Below the pieces are notes generated by a model that saw only the letters and a list, made by a program, of their open reading frames with translations, did not search any database and had not been told where the DNA came from. This document shows positions 9,765 to 19,151 of a stretch of 64,000 nucleotides of DNA, in pieces; the first letter of the stretch is position 1; the number at the start of each line of letters is the position of its first letter. The translations under genes were made by a program, and so were the position numbers. The DNA lies in contig JAEZRB010000152.1 in assembly GCA_023412975.1 (NCBI GenBank), forward strand, positions 998 to 64,997, written 5' to 3'. This stretch comes from Bacteroidota bacterium. Lineage in GTDB: Bacteria > Bacteroidota > Bacteroidia > Chitinophagales > Chitinophagaceae.

Positions 9765-11554
9765 TCGGGAAAAATATACAAAACTATACCGTCACATCTT
9801 ACCTCGGCGAAGGCGGCATGGGCACCGTGTACAAGGCCAGCGATACGATGCTGGGCAGGGATGTAGCATTGAAAATGTTGCATGGTACACTGGTCAGCCA
9901 GCCTCAGTTCCTCGAGCGCTTTAAAAAAGAAGCGAGAGTACTGGCCCAACTGCTTCATCCAAACATCGCGGTGATCTACAATTTCATCGGACAGGATGAT
10001 CATCACTTCATGGTGATGGAGTATGTGGAAGGCAACAACCTCGACAACCTCGTTCGCAAGCATAAATACCTGCAACCGGCGCTGGTTGTCCCGGTTTTTC
10101 TGCAGATGCTCGAAGGTTTGCATCATGCGCATAAGAAAGGCATCTTTCACCGCGATATAAAACCTGCCAACCTGATGCTCACTCCTGATGCCACCGTGAA
10201 GCTGATGGATTTCGGAATTGCTAAAATAGCAGGCGAGCAAAGGATGACGCAGGTTAACAGGGTAGTGGGCACTATCGAATATATGGCACCTGAGCTCATC
10301 GAGGGAAAAGATCCTTCAATCGCTTCCGATATCTATGCAGCCGGGGTTACGATGTATGAAATGCTGACTGGCAAATTGCCTTTTGAAGGAAATACCGACT
10401 TCACTCTGATGCAGGACATCCTGAAAAAGAAACCTGTGTCGGTCGATAAGCTCAATGCTTCGGTACCTTCCGCACTGAGTGCGATTGTGATGAAGACGCT
10501 TGAGAAAAAACCCGATAATCGTTATCCCAATGCCAAAGCATTTCAACTGGCACTCGCCCAGGCATTCCCCCAGTACAGGGAAATCGATATGCACTTGCTC
10601 AACGCCGCACCCGTATCACCTGCAGCGACGCAGGAGATAAAAATGGTAACCCGGCCGGCGAAAAAAGTAAAGCCGACTATGATGCAGGACAGTCCGGGGT
10701 CAACAGCTGCTTCAACGCTCAGCCGTTTACGTGAATTGAGTCGGACTTATATCACCAGGCAAAAAGCGCCGGTATTGATTGGAGCGGTATGTGTATTGAT
10801 CGCACTTGTAGTTCTGATACCGCAACTGTTTCGCGAACAGGCAGAAGGGCCAGGTGCAGAGGTTCGTGATATCGCGATGCAAACAGATGCAGATAACACG
10901 ACAATGAAAGAAGAAAAAAATGATAATCCTTCAGGCATTGCCGGTAGTGGCGGTACCCAGATCTCGCTCCCCGAAGACAAGTCGCCGGTTTTGACACCCG
11001 GCAACAGGCTACTCCCACCGCCAGCTGATGATCCGAAATCGACACCGCCAGAAAAGAAAAAAGAAGAAACCAAAAAGGATAAAGCAGTAGAAGAGAAAAA
11101 AGGTAGTAGTCAGCCGGAGCAGAAAGAGCAGCCCAAAAAAGAGGAGACAACTGTTGTACCTGAGCCGGAGAAAAAGCCTGAGGTGATTGAAGAAGAAAAA
11201 TCGGAACCGAACACACCGCGATCAGTCAGGTTGAATACAAGAGTAGAAGTAGATCTATACCTGCAGCAGGCGATATCTGAAGCCACGGCACGCGAGGGCC
11301 AGGTATTAAATTTCACAGTATCACGTCCGGTGACTTACAACGGTGAAACGATCATTCCTCGCGGCGCAACTGCTACAGGTCGTATAAAGACTATCGGCAA
11401 GAAAAAAATGACCATTGTGCTGAGCAGTGTAAACAGTGCAAGTGGACAGAGTTTACCATTTGAAATCGTTGAACTAAGCGGGCGCATTGAAGATATTGTT
11501 GCGTCGCGCAGTTATTCCGGAACCCTGAAAAAAGGCACCACCATTCATTATTAA
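9761..11554 (+). CDS. Hanks-type Ser/Thr kinase with TM, P/E/K-rich linker and C-terminal beta domain
   Basis: GEGGMG, VALK, HRDIKPAN, DFG, APE; TM VLIGAVCVLIALVVLI. Confidence 0.93.
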   Translation: MIGKNIQNYTVTSYLGEGGMGTVYKASDTMLGRDVALKMLHGTLVSQPQFLERFKKEARVLAQLLHPNIAVIYNFIGQDDHHFMVMEYVEGNNLDNLVRKHKYLQPALVVPVFLQMLEGLHHAHKKGIFHRDIKPANLMLTPDATVKLMDFGIAKIAGEQRMTQVNRVVGTIEYMAPELIEGKDPSIASDIYAAGVTMYEMLTGKLPFEGNTDFTLMQDILKKKPVSVDKLNASVPSALSAIVMKTLEKKPDNRYPNAKAFQLALAQAFPQYREIDMHLLNAAPVSPAATQEIKMVTRPAKKVKPTMMQDSPGSTAASTLSRLRELSRTYITRQKAPVLIGAVCVLIALVVLIPQLFREQAEGPGAEVRDIAMQTDADNTTMKEEKNDNPSGIAGSGGTQISLPEDKSPVLTPGNRLLPPPADDPKSTPPEKKKEETKKDKAVEEKKGSSQPEQKEQPKKEETTVVPEPEKKPEVIEEEKSEPNTPRSVRLNTRVEVDLYLQQAISEATAREGQVLNFTVSRPVTYNGETIIPRGATATGRIKTIGKKKMTIVLSSVNSASGQSLPFEIVELSGRIEDIVASRSYSGTLKKGTTIHY

Positions 11555-11576
11555 AAAAACTTCAAAGCAACTACGT

Positions 11577-12206
11577 ATGAAAAAGTCAATCTTCTTAATC
11601 CTGGTTATTGTCTCCTTTAGCATCGCATCGGAGGGCCAGGTCCGCCAGCGGTCTGCCATAAAAGGTTTTAATGCTGCGGCACGAATCCATACTCTCGGCT
11701 GGGCATCTGATTATTTTCAGTATCTCGATAAAAATGCATCCTCCGGATTTGGCGGAGGCCTGCGTGTAGGCTATGGCATTACAGAACTCCTGGAGCCATA
11801 TGTGGGCTTCGACTTTACGTCTTTGGGTACGTCAGATATCGATGCCAAGTCTTTCGGCATGACGCATATTGATGTAGGTCTGAGGGTCAACCTGGCTGGG
11901 ACTATCAACCCGGTAAGACCATTTGTTCAGGCAGGTTATTCATTCCTAAAAGGCAAAGTAGATGAAGTGGTCAATGGCGCCAGCTATGTGGATTTGCAAT
12001 TCTATGGCGGTAAGCCACATGTTGGCGGAGGTTTGAACTATTTCTTCAAAATACCGATATCAGTATTTGCAGAAGGCATTTTTACTGTGGGCAAAAAATC
12101 GAAAGCAAAACTGGATGGAACTGAAATATCTGATGAACCAGATGTGACCACTTTTAGAATAAATGTAGGTGTAAGCTTCAACCTCAGTGAGCTTACGAAG
12201 AAATAA
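11577..12206 (+). CDS. Outer-membrane beta-barrel protein (OmpA/OmpW-like)
   Basis: Signal peptide, alternating amphipathic strands, C-terminal INVGVSFNL. Confidence 0.8.
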   Translation: MKKSIFLILVIVSFSIASEGQVRQRSAIKGFNAAARIHTLGWASDYFQYLDKNASSGFGGGLRVGYGITELLEPYVGFDFTSLGTSDIDAKSFGMTHIDVGLRVNLAGTINPVRPFVQAGYSFLKGKVDEVVNGASYVDLQFYGGKPHVGGGLNYFFKIPISVFAEGIFTVGKKSKAKLDGTEISDEPDVTTFRINVGVSFNLSELTKK

Positions 12207-12272
12207 TAAAAGTTCTCATTATCAAATTTTACGCCATCAACCTTTGTCCGTATTACGTGTAGGTGTTCTACC

Positions 12273-12313
12273 GCCGTCCTGTCCTGGTTCTCCAGTAGAT
12301 GGGACGGCTTTTT
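12273..12313 (+). terminator. Intrinsic terminator of kinase operon
   Basis: GCCGTCCTGTC...GATGGGACGGC followed by TTTTT. Confidence 0.8.
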
Positions 12314-12449
12314 ATAAAGTATAAATACTATCTCCTCATCTAAAACATCCTTCGTGCTCCCCGTGTTCCCTCCGTGCCCACTGTGACCATCGCTACCCTA
12401 CAAAGGATTTTACGAGATAAATAAATATAGCTCTGATTTCACAAACAAT

Positions 12450-13376
12450 TCATTGCCACACCGATAATTCTTTCCTTGAAATCCGCAGCACCGAACCATG
12501 CCTTATCCCCTTCGGCATTTCAATCCTGTCTGATATATCCGTCCAGTTCACCAGGTCTTTCGACACTACTGCACCATATATATGATCACGGTATTTATCA
12601 AAGTATACGATCCATTCCTCTCCTTTCTTAACGGCTGTAGGGCCTTCAGCCCAATAATCGCCCGTGATTGGCTTCGATGGCAGGCTATACTCTTTATCTG
12701 CGTGGCGGCTTGTCGCGATCCTGATATTCTTCTGCGGTGGATACCGGGTTTCATCTTTCAGGAACATGATATACTTTTCGCCATCATGAACAATGTTGGC
12801 ATCAATCACATTGAAGCCCTTATCATAAAGCAATTTTGTTTTGCTGAATTCCCTGAAATCTTTGGTCTTCACATAATACAAACGGTGATTATAGCGGTCA
12901 TCACCTGTAGTATCCCCTACTGTAAACCGGCCGGGAATTGTCGTCGCCCAATAGATCATGTACTGTTTATTTTCTCTATCCCATGTGATCTCGGGCGCCC
13001 AACAATTGCGGGCTGAATCTTCGTGCGCCATAACAGGAATAAATTGTTGCGGGCTCCAGTTCAGCAGGTCAGCCGAGTTGGCATAACCAATGCCCTTATC
13101 ATTCCAGCTTACAGTCCAAACCATGTGGAAGAGCCCGTCAGTTCCCCGGATGATACAGGGATCACGCATTAGTTTATCGTTGGCAACGGTGGGTCGTAAA
13201 ACAGCGCTGTCATTCTTCAGGGCTGTCCATCGATAACCATCTTCGCTGTAGGCAAGGTGCAGGCCATCTTCACCGTTACCTTTAAAATAGGAGAAAAGAT
13301 ATACGCTATCGGAAGACTGCGCTATAGTAGTTTGGAATGGGAGCGCTGCCAGGAAGAAGAGTAACCATTTAGACAT
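12450..13376 (-). CDS. Glycoside hydrolase family 43, secreted
   Basis: MRDPCI, WAPE, VIDANI, WAEGP, RHGS. Confidence 0.88.
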   Translation of the reverse strand: MSKWLLFFLAALPFQTTIAQSSDSVYLFSYFKGNGEDGLHLAYSEDGYRWTALKNDSAVLRPTVANDKLMRDPCIIRGTDGLFHMVWTVSWNDKGIGYANSADLLNWSPQQFIPVMAHEDSARNCWAPEITWDRENKQYMIYWATTIPGRFTVGDTTGDDRYNHRLYYVKTKDFREFSKTKLLYDKGFNVIDANIVHDGEKYIMFLKDETRYPPQKNIRIATSRHADKEYSLPSKPITGDYWAEGPTAVKKGEEWIVYFDKYRDHIYGAVVSKDLVNWTDISDRIEMPKGIRHGSVLRISRKELSVWQ

Positions 13377-13996
13377 AAATAAATATACAAATGTTCCGGG
13401 GAGTGAGGAGTCAACCTAATGAGTCATCTGATTCAAGATTCATAGATGATATTTCTTTTTATGGGAGAAGTTGTTCAATCTTCGACGATAAACTTATCCT
13501 ACGGACAGAAAAAAACGTTGAATAATGTTTTTTTAACCCTGGAACTCTACCTGAGTCCATACGATATTTACACTGAAAAACAATTGACCGGTCAGTAGTA
13601 TACAAAGTTTTTCAGGCAGGTGTGCAGGCGGGTGTGGGAGGAGCGTGCATTACCGGCAGGTCCTGCTGCAAAAGGATGATCACCTTCACCGCAAAATTGG
13701 GAGGGCCCCGAGGGAACATGAGGTGCAGCCAAATCTGTCAAAAGGAGAAAAACTCCCGGCTACCTCGACTACCTCACATCATACTTCTACATACTCATCA
13801 TCAGTATTCGCCCAATTACCGACAGTCAGATTAACTTAGTATAATAATACACGACACTTAGAATCCAAACGATAAAGGTTTTTTAACCTCACAACACTCA
13901 AAATCATTGCCACCCAGGTTTTGCAAACTTTAACACCATTCACAACAACCTTGAAGAACAACCTGGCCCAATACCTCATCGGATAAATTCACCCAT

Positions 13997-14023
13997 AAAA
14001 AAAGCGCCCCAATCGGAGCGCTT
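13997..14023 (-). terminator. Terminator after tsf
   Basis: AAGCGCTCC-GATT-GGGGCGCTTTTTTT on the minus strand. Confidence 0.85.
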
Positions 14024-14046
14024 CTCATAAAATTATATCAACTGGC

Positions 14047-14883
14047 TTAACCCAGTGCTACTCTTTTAAACTCTACAACTTTCACATCGCCTGACTCCTT
14101 GAGATAGTCAGCCACTGACTTACCCGCATCTTTTACAAACGCCTGGGCAGAAAGGGTTTGTTCCTTGAAGAATGCGCCCAATTTACCTTCGGCAATCTTA
14201 GCTAGCATTTCTTCAGGTTTTCCAGCCATCTTCGGATCTTCCTTCATCACATCCATGATGATAGATTTCTCACGGGCAATAACATCAGCAGGAACGCTTG
14301 CAGCGTCAATCGCTACCGGGTTCAATGCAGCGATCTGCATCGCGATATCCTTGCCTACTTCAGCAGAAGCTTTATCAAGGCCCACCAATACACCAATCCT
14401 GTTGGCACCATGAATATAGGACGCGACGTAAGGTGCATCCACTCTTTCTAGGCGGGTGATACCGATCTTTTCACCAATCGCAGCCAGTTTATCATTGATC
14501 AGGTCGGCAACTTTCGCATCACCGATCTTTACTTCATTCAGTTCTTCAGCCGTTTTTACATTATTTGCAATCGCTGCATCGGCGATGCTTTGTACAAAAG
14601 CTACGAAATCGGCGTTCTTGGAAACGAAGTCCGTTTCACAACTTACGCAGACTACAATTCCTGTTTTATTATCGCCAGTTGTTTGTGCAATTACCACACC
14701 TTCTTTTGCTTCGCGATCACTTCTCTTCGCGGCAACTTTCTGGCCCTGCTTACGCAACCAGTCAATTGCTGCTTCGAAATCACCATTTGTTTCTGTCAAA
14801 GCCTTGCGGCAATCCATCATGCCGGCACCTGTGGCCTGGCGAAGTTTGTTGATATCTGCCGCACTAATAGTTACTGTGCTCAT
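14047..14883 (-). CDS. tsf: Elongation factor Ts
   Basis: LRQATGAGMMDCRKAL, CETDFV. Confidence 0.99.
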   Translation of the reverse strand: MSTVTISAADINKLRQATGAGMMDCRKALTETNGDFEAAIDWLRKQGQKVAAKRSDREAKEGVVIAQTTGDNKTGIVVCVSCETDFVSKNADFVAFVQSIADAAIANNVKTAEELNEVKIGDAKVADLINDKLAAIGEKIGITRLERVDAPYVASYIHGANRIGVLVGLDKASAEVGKDIAMQIAALNPVAIDAASVPADVIAREKSIIMDVMKEDPKMAGKPEEMLAKIAEGKLGAFFKEQTLSAQAFVKDAGKSVADYLKESGDVKVVEFKRVALG

Positions 14884-14970
14884 ATACTTTTAAGTTTATT
14901 CCTGTCATTTTTGAAAGCCAGGAGTTTACTAATATCGGTTTAACTAACCCCCCTTCGGGGAGTAAGCGGA

Positions 14971-15879
14971 TTATCTCTTTCCACCACCGGGACCACGGCC
15001 ACCAGCTGCACCACCACCACTGATCCGGCGTCTCTGGCCACCAGCTCCGGGTGCTCCGCCACGATTTCCACCACGGCTTCCACCACGACCACGTCCTGCT
15101 TCAGCCTGGGCTTCCGCTTCAAGACGAGCTGCGCTTTTTTCCTTATCATCATCGATCACTTCTTCAGACTCTTCATCTTTTGCAGCCTGACGCTCAGCCA
15201 GACCTTCTGCGATAGCCGCAGTCAGGTAATTTGCCAGGATAGCGATCGATTTAGTTGCGTCATCGTTGGCAGGAATTGCAAAGTCAACTTTATTGGGGTC
15301 GCAATTGGTATCTACCAATCCGAAAGTTGTAATGCCTAAACGCTTAGCCTCAGCCAAAGCAATATGCTCGTGACCGATATCAACGATAAATAAAGCAGCA
15401 GGCACACGACCCAGTTGGGCGATACCACCCAGTACCTTATCCATTTTATCCCTGTCGCGGCTCAAAGTCAAACGCTCTTTTTTAGTAATGCTGTCAAAAG
15501 AACCATCCCCCAGCATTTTTTCAATGCTCTGCATTTTCTTCACGCTCTTTCTAACAGTATTGAAATTGGTAAGCATACCACCGAGCCAACGTTCTGTAAC
15601 GTAAGGCATGTTAACCCTGCGGGCGCATTCGCTGACGATATCTTTTGCCTGCTTTTTAGTGCCAACAAAAAGGATCTTCTTCCCGCTGCGGGCAATCTGC
15701 TTCATCGCGGCAGCAGTTTCCTGCAGGCATTCAACAGTTTTGTTCAGGTCTATAATATGGATACCTTTCTTTTCAGCAAAGATGTAAGGTAACATCTTGG
15801 GGTTCCACTTCTTTTTCAGGTGACCAAAATGAACACCTGCATCAAGGAGTTGCTGTTGTAAGGATGTGTTATTTTCCAT
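14971..15879 (-). CDS. rpsB: 30S ribosomal protein S2
   Basis: AGVHFGH, WNPKM, RWLGGMLTN, PANDD. Confidence 0.99.
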   Translation of the reverse strand: MENNTSLQQQLLDAGVHFGHLKKKWNPKMLPYIFAEKKGIHIIDLNKTVECLQETAAAMKQIARSGKKILFVGTKKQAKDIVSECARRVNMPYVTERWLGGMLTNFNTVRKSVKKMQSIEKMLGDGSFDSITKKERLTLSRDRDKMDKVLGGIAQLGRVPAALFIVDIGHEHIALAEAKRLGITTFGLVDTNCDPNKVDFAIPANDDATKSIAILANYLTAAIAEGLAERQAAKDEESEEVIDDDKEKSAARLEAEAQAEAGRGRGGSRGGNRGGAPGAGGQRRRISGGGAAGGRGPGGGKR

Positions 15880-15948
15880 TTTCTATTGTTGTTATAATTT
15901 ATTTGAAATACAAGCACGCCGATCCTGTCTGCGGGCCCGTGACTTCTA

Positions 15949-16338
15949 TTATCGTTTTGAGAACTGGTAGCTTTTCCTTGCTTTCTTATGACCGAATTTC
16001 TTACGCTCTACTGAACGTGGATCGCGTTTAAGCAATCCTGCTGCTTTCAGAGCGGGACGCCATTCGGGGTTCATCTCAACCAGGATACGGGAAATGCCGA
16101 GCATGGCAGCTTCCGCCTGTCCTTTTACGCCACCGCCTACCGCATTGATCTTCACATCGTATTTGCCGAGGGCATCAATCGTTTTAAAAGGGCGCTCTAC
16201 CTGGTTTTGCAGATAGACCAGTGAAAAATATTCTTTGTAGTCTTTGTCGTTGACCGTGATCTTGCCATCACCTTTGGTGATAAAAACGCGTGTCACGGCT
16301 TCTTTACGACGACCAACACCATTTGCTTGCTTTTCCAT
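15949..16338 (-). CDS. rpsI: 30S ribosomal protein S9
   Basis: GRRK, RDPRSVERKK, QFSKR. Confidence 0.99.
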   Translation of the reverse strand: MEKQANGVGRRKEAVTRVFITKGDGKITVNDKDYKEYFSLVYLQNQVERPFKTIDALGKYDVKINAVGGGVKGQAEAAMLGISRILVEMNPEWRPALKAAGLLKRDPRSVERKKFGHKKARKSYQFSKR

Positions 16339-16356
16339 TATAATAATTTGAAAATT

Positions 16357-16800
16357 TTAGAATTTCAGTTCTTTTGGTTGTTGTGCAACATGCGGATGTT
16401 CGGCACCAGCATATACAAACAGTTTTTTATACATCTGGCGGCCCAGCCTGTTTTTCGGAAGCATTCCTTTCACTGCTCTCTCGATCACCACTTCCGGGCG
16501 ACGGTTGATCAGGTTCCTGGCAACTTCTTCTTTACGTCCGCCGGGATAGCCGCTGAAAGTATCATATACTTTCTGATCAAGTTTGTTACCGGTAAGTACC
16601 ACCTTATCGCAGTTGATGACGATGATATAATCGCCAGTGTCGACATGTGGAGTATAAGAGGCCTTGTTTTTCCCGCGGAGTATCGCGGCGATTCTAGCGC
16701 ACATACGACCTACAGTTTGATTAGTACCGTCCACAACATACCAGTTACGTTGTACGGTAGCCGCATTCGCATGCTTGGTTGTAAAATGTAATTTGCTCAT
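16357..16800 (-). CDS. rplM: 50S ribosomal protein L13 (start MSKLHF)
   Basis: [22 protein letters not shown]. Confidence 0.98.
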   Translation of the reverse strand: MSKLHFTTKHANAATVQRNWYVVDGTNQTVGRMCARIAAILRGKNKASYTPHVDTGDYIIVINCDKVVLTGNKLDQKVYDTFSGYPGGRKEEVARNLINRRPEVVIERAVKGMLPKNRLGRQMYKKLFVYAGAEHPHVAQQPKELKF

Positions 16801-17238
16801 TCTCGTTTCTTTGCATCGCCGTTTGCCAGGCAAACGACAAAAGGTTTTAAATATTAACACCGGGCCATCCCCCGATGCTCCCAATATAGCATAGCTATTT
16901 TTGGGGGTGCGAAGATAGGGCTGATTGACCTGACAAACCAAGAAAAGCAAGCAGTATTTTTTACCGAACCTTTGCAATGCATTGATTTTCAGTAAATATT
17001 TTGAACCATTTTTAAAACACCATGGTAAAATAAAGTGGTTTCTAACGATTTTGCGACTAATTTTCCCAAATCCTCATGATTGAATGTTGGAGAGGTTGGA
17101 CTAGTAGGTCGTTCCATGATACATATATAGAATACAAAATGAATTTCCTGAATTGCCCCTGTTAAGGACACTGATACCGCCAATGTCAAAAGCGGGATGA
17201 TTCAGGATGATATCCTAATTTTAAAGGCAAAACTTTAT

Positions 17239-17853
17239 ATGGCAACGCATCAACTGGGAAGATCGGAATTTGGTAATCCGGCCAATAAAGGCAATTTGAT
17301 GCCTCTCGAAGAGGCTAATGCCCTGCTTAATGACTGGGTGCCCAACGAACGGCTCCGCCTGCATATGAAACAGGTGGCGGCTGTAATGAAAGCCTGGGCC
17401 CTGGAAAAAGAAAATGCGTCTGAAGAGGAAGCGAGGAAATGGGAACTGGCGGGGTTGCTACATGATGCCGACTGGGAAAAATACCCGGATGATCACTGCC
17501 GGGTCATCATTGAAGAACTGGAAAAAAGAAATATTGATCCAGACGTGATCCATTGCATTGCTTCACATGGACCAGGGTATTTTGGCGTGGAACCACAAAA
17601 CACGATGGATAAAATGATTTACGCTTTCGACGAACTATCTGGTTTTGTACATGCTGCCGCCCTTATACGACCAACGAAATATGAAGGCCTGGAAGTAAAA
17701 AGCATCCTGAAAAAACTGAAAACACCTTCATTTGCCGCCCAGGTCAACCGCGATGATATCACGGACGCTTTGTCCCGGATCGATATCCCTCTTGAGGAGC
17801 TTATCGAATTCATCATCCGGCATCAAAAAGATGTGACCACAATTCCTTCTTGA
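17239..17853 (+). CDS. HD-domain phosphohydrolase
   Basis: RLHM, GLLHDAD, DELSGF, SFAAQVNRDDI. Confidence 0.88.
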   Translation: MATHQLGRSEFGNPANKGNLMPLEEANALLNDWVPNERLRLHMKQVAAVMKAWALEKENASEEEARKWELAGLLHDADWEKYPDDHCRVIIEELEKRNIDPDVIHCIASHGPGYFGVEPQNTMDKMIYAFDELSGFVHAAALIRPTKYEGLEVKSILKKLKTPSFAAQVNRDDITDALSRIDIPLEELIEFIIRHQKDVTTIPS

Positions 17854-17893
17854 AAACAATTACTTACTCCTTCAATAATACCTGCGGTGGCTT

Positions 17894-17942
17894 CGAACTA
17901 CGAACTACTAACTACGAACTACTAACTACTAACTCCGAACTA
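17894..17942. repeat. Heptamer tandem repeat, 7 x C(G/T)AACTA
   Basis: cgaacta cgaacta ctaacta cgaacta ctaacta ctaactc cgaacta. Confidence 0.95.
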
Positions 17943-17947
17943 AATTA

Positions 17948-19078
17948 TTATGGATTAAACGTCCTCCAGCAATGCCAGAATTCCTGGTAGGCCTGCAGCG
18001 GTTCGAGTGAGTAGCTGGTATCTATACCTTTCCCGTCAATCCGGAAATGTTTGTTGGAGAAAACTATAGTATCGTTTTGCAAACTGAGCTCTTTGCCAGA
18101 CTCTGGAAGTTTAAATGCAAAAAAGCTTTTATCATCACCGGCCAGTACAAGTGCAAGTGGCGTTCGTGCGATAGTATCCTGTATCACCCTTAGTTTTTTC
18201 AATTCATTCCAGTCATACGCTTTTTGTTGTCCTCCTGACCTTATACCTACAACCCATGACTTATCTTTCCAGGACAGACTATCTGTACCCGTAAGTTTCC
18301 TCCTGCTGGCTCCACTCTCATATTTTAAAGTACTGTCGTAGGAGGATAAAAAAGCTGGATCGGCCTGCATCACCCTTGAATGGGGATAAAGCTTCAACCA
18401 TTTTTCCAACGAGGTTTGTATACTGTATACTTCCGGTAGCCGCGAGCCTTTTAGTTTCCCGCTCACTGCGGCGCCTGTCGCCTGCTGCCACCAGCTTTTC
18501 GTACTCTCGTCCTCCAGCATCGCATTAAAATGATCCATTCCAACCAGTCGAAAATTTTCATTCTTTCCATTCACGACCGGCTCATATACACGCCCAGTTC
18601 TGCAAACCGTACAATAAGTCACTAGTATTGGCTTACCACCTACGACATCCTGCAGGTGATGATGGTACCCTATAAATTGGACCGGGTATGCCCTGGCTTC
18701 GTTATTGATCACCACCCCAATCACCAGGCGTTCCTGGTCTACCTTATTGTCGGTCACACCTGCAAATACCAATTGTTTCGGTTGACGGAACATTGCATCC
18801 GCCGCCATTTTAAAATTGGCCATATAAATGACCGCTGCCAGCACACCCAGTGGAACGATAAGCGCCCATTTCCCCCGCCGATGCCATTTTGCTTTTAGCA
18901 GCCCGACAACTATCATTACTCCAAACAATATTCTGAATACCCAACGCCATTTATATAGGAAATAAGCAGCATCAAGACTGTTCATTTGCTGGCTGCCAGG
19001 CATCGGCATGATAAAGTAGACATTCGCCACTTCAAATAGCAATAACCCCAGCCATCCAAACCAAAAAAGCTTTTTCAT
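17948..19078 (-). CDS. DUF3179-domain membrane protein with CxxC
   Basis: ARAYP, VTYCTVCRTG, SWWQQATG, QEFWHCW; three N-terminal TMs. Confidence 0.8.
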   Translation of the reverse strand: MKKLFWFGWLGLLLFEVANVYFIMPMPGSQQMNSLDAAYFLYKWRWVFRILFGVMIVVGLLKAKWHRRGKWALIVPLGVLAAVIYMANFKMAADAMFRQPKQLVFAGVTDNKVDQERLVIGVVINNEARAYPVQFIGYHHHLQDVVGGKPILVTYCTVCRTGRVYEPVVNGKNENFRLVGMDHFNAMLEDESTKSWWQQATGAAVSGKLKGSRLPEVYSIQTSLEKWLKLYPHSRVMQADPAFLSSYDSTLKYESGASRRKLTGTDSLSWKDKSWVVGIRSGGQQKAYDWNELKKLRVIQDTIARTPLALVLAGDDKSFFAFKLPESGKELSLQNDTIVFSNKHFRIDGKGIDTSYSLEPLQAYQEFWHCWRTFNP

Positions 19079-19101
19079 CCCAACTTTATTTTTGAAAAAA
19101 T

Positions 19102-19150
19102 TCCAGCATCCAGCATCCAGCATCCAGCATCCAGTATCCAGCATCCAGCA
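19102..19150. repeat. Heptamer tandem repeat, 7 x TCCAGCA
   Basis: Six exact copies plus one TCCAGTA. Confidence 0.95.
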
Positions 19151-19151
19151 T

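Noticed and set aside
5844..11554. Calling the kinase/FHA/PP2C cluster a T6SS locus
   Set aside because: No tss, vgrG, hcp or PAAR genes in the window; adjacency to rhs may be incidental.
13622..13839. Short ORFs in the GH43-tsf gap
   Set aside because: No recognisable motifs, non-ATG starts, overlapping frames.
16801..16977. 59-aa N-terminal extension of L13
   Set aside because: It covers the promoter (TATCTTCG at 16917-16910) and 5' UTR. An autoregulatory leader may exist but I cannot support it.
16989..17189. 66-aa minus-strand ORF
   Set aside because: Lies in a divergent promoter region with a weak start and no recognisable features.
19079..19144. N-terminal extension MLDTGCWMLDAGCW of the DUF3179 ORF
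   Set aside because: It is the translation of the heptamer repeat; the likely start is MKKLFW at 19078.
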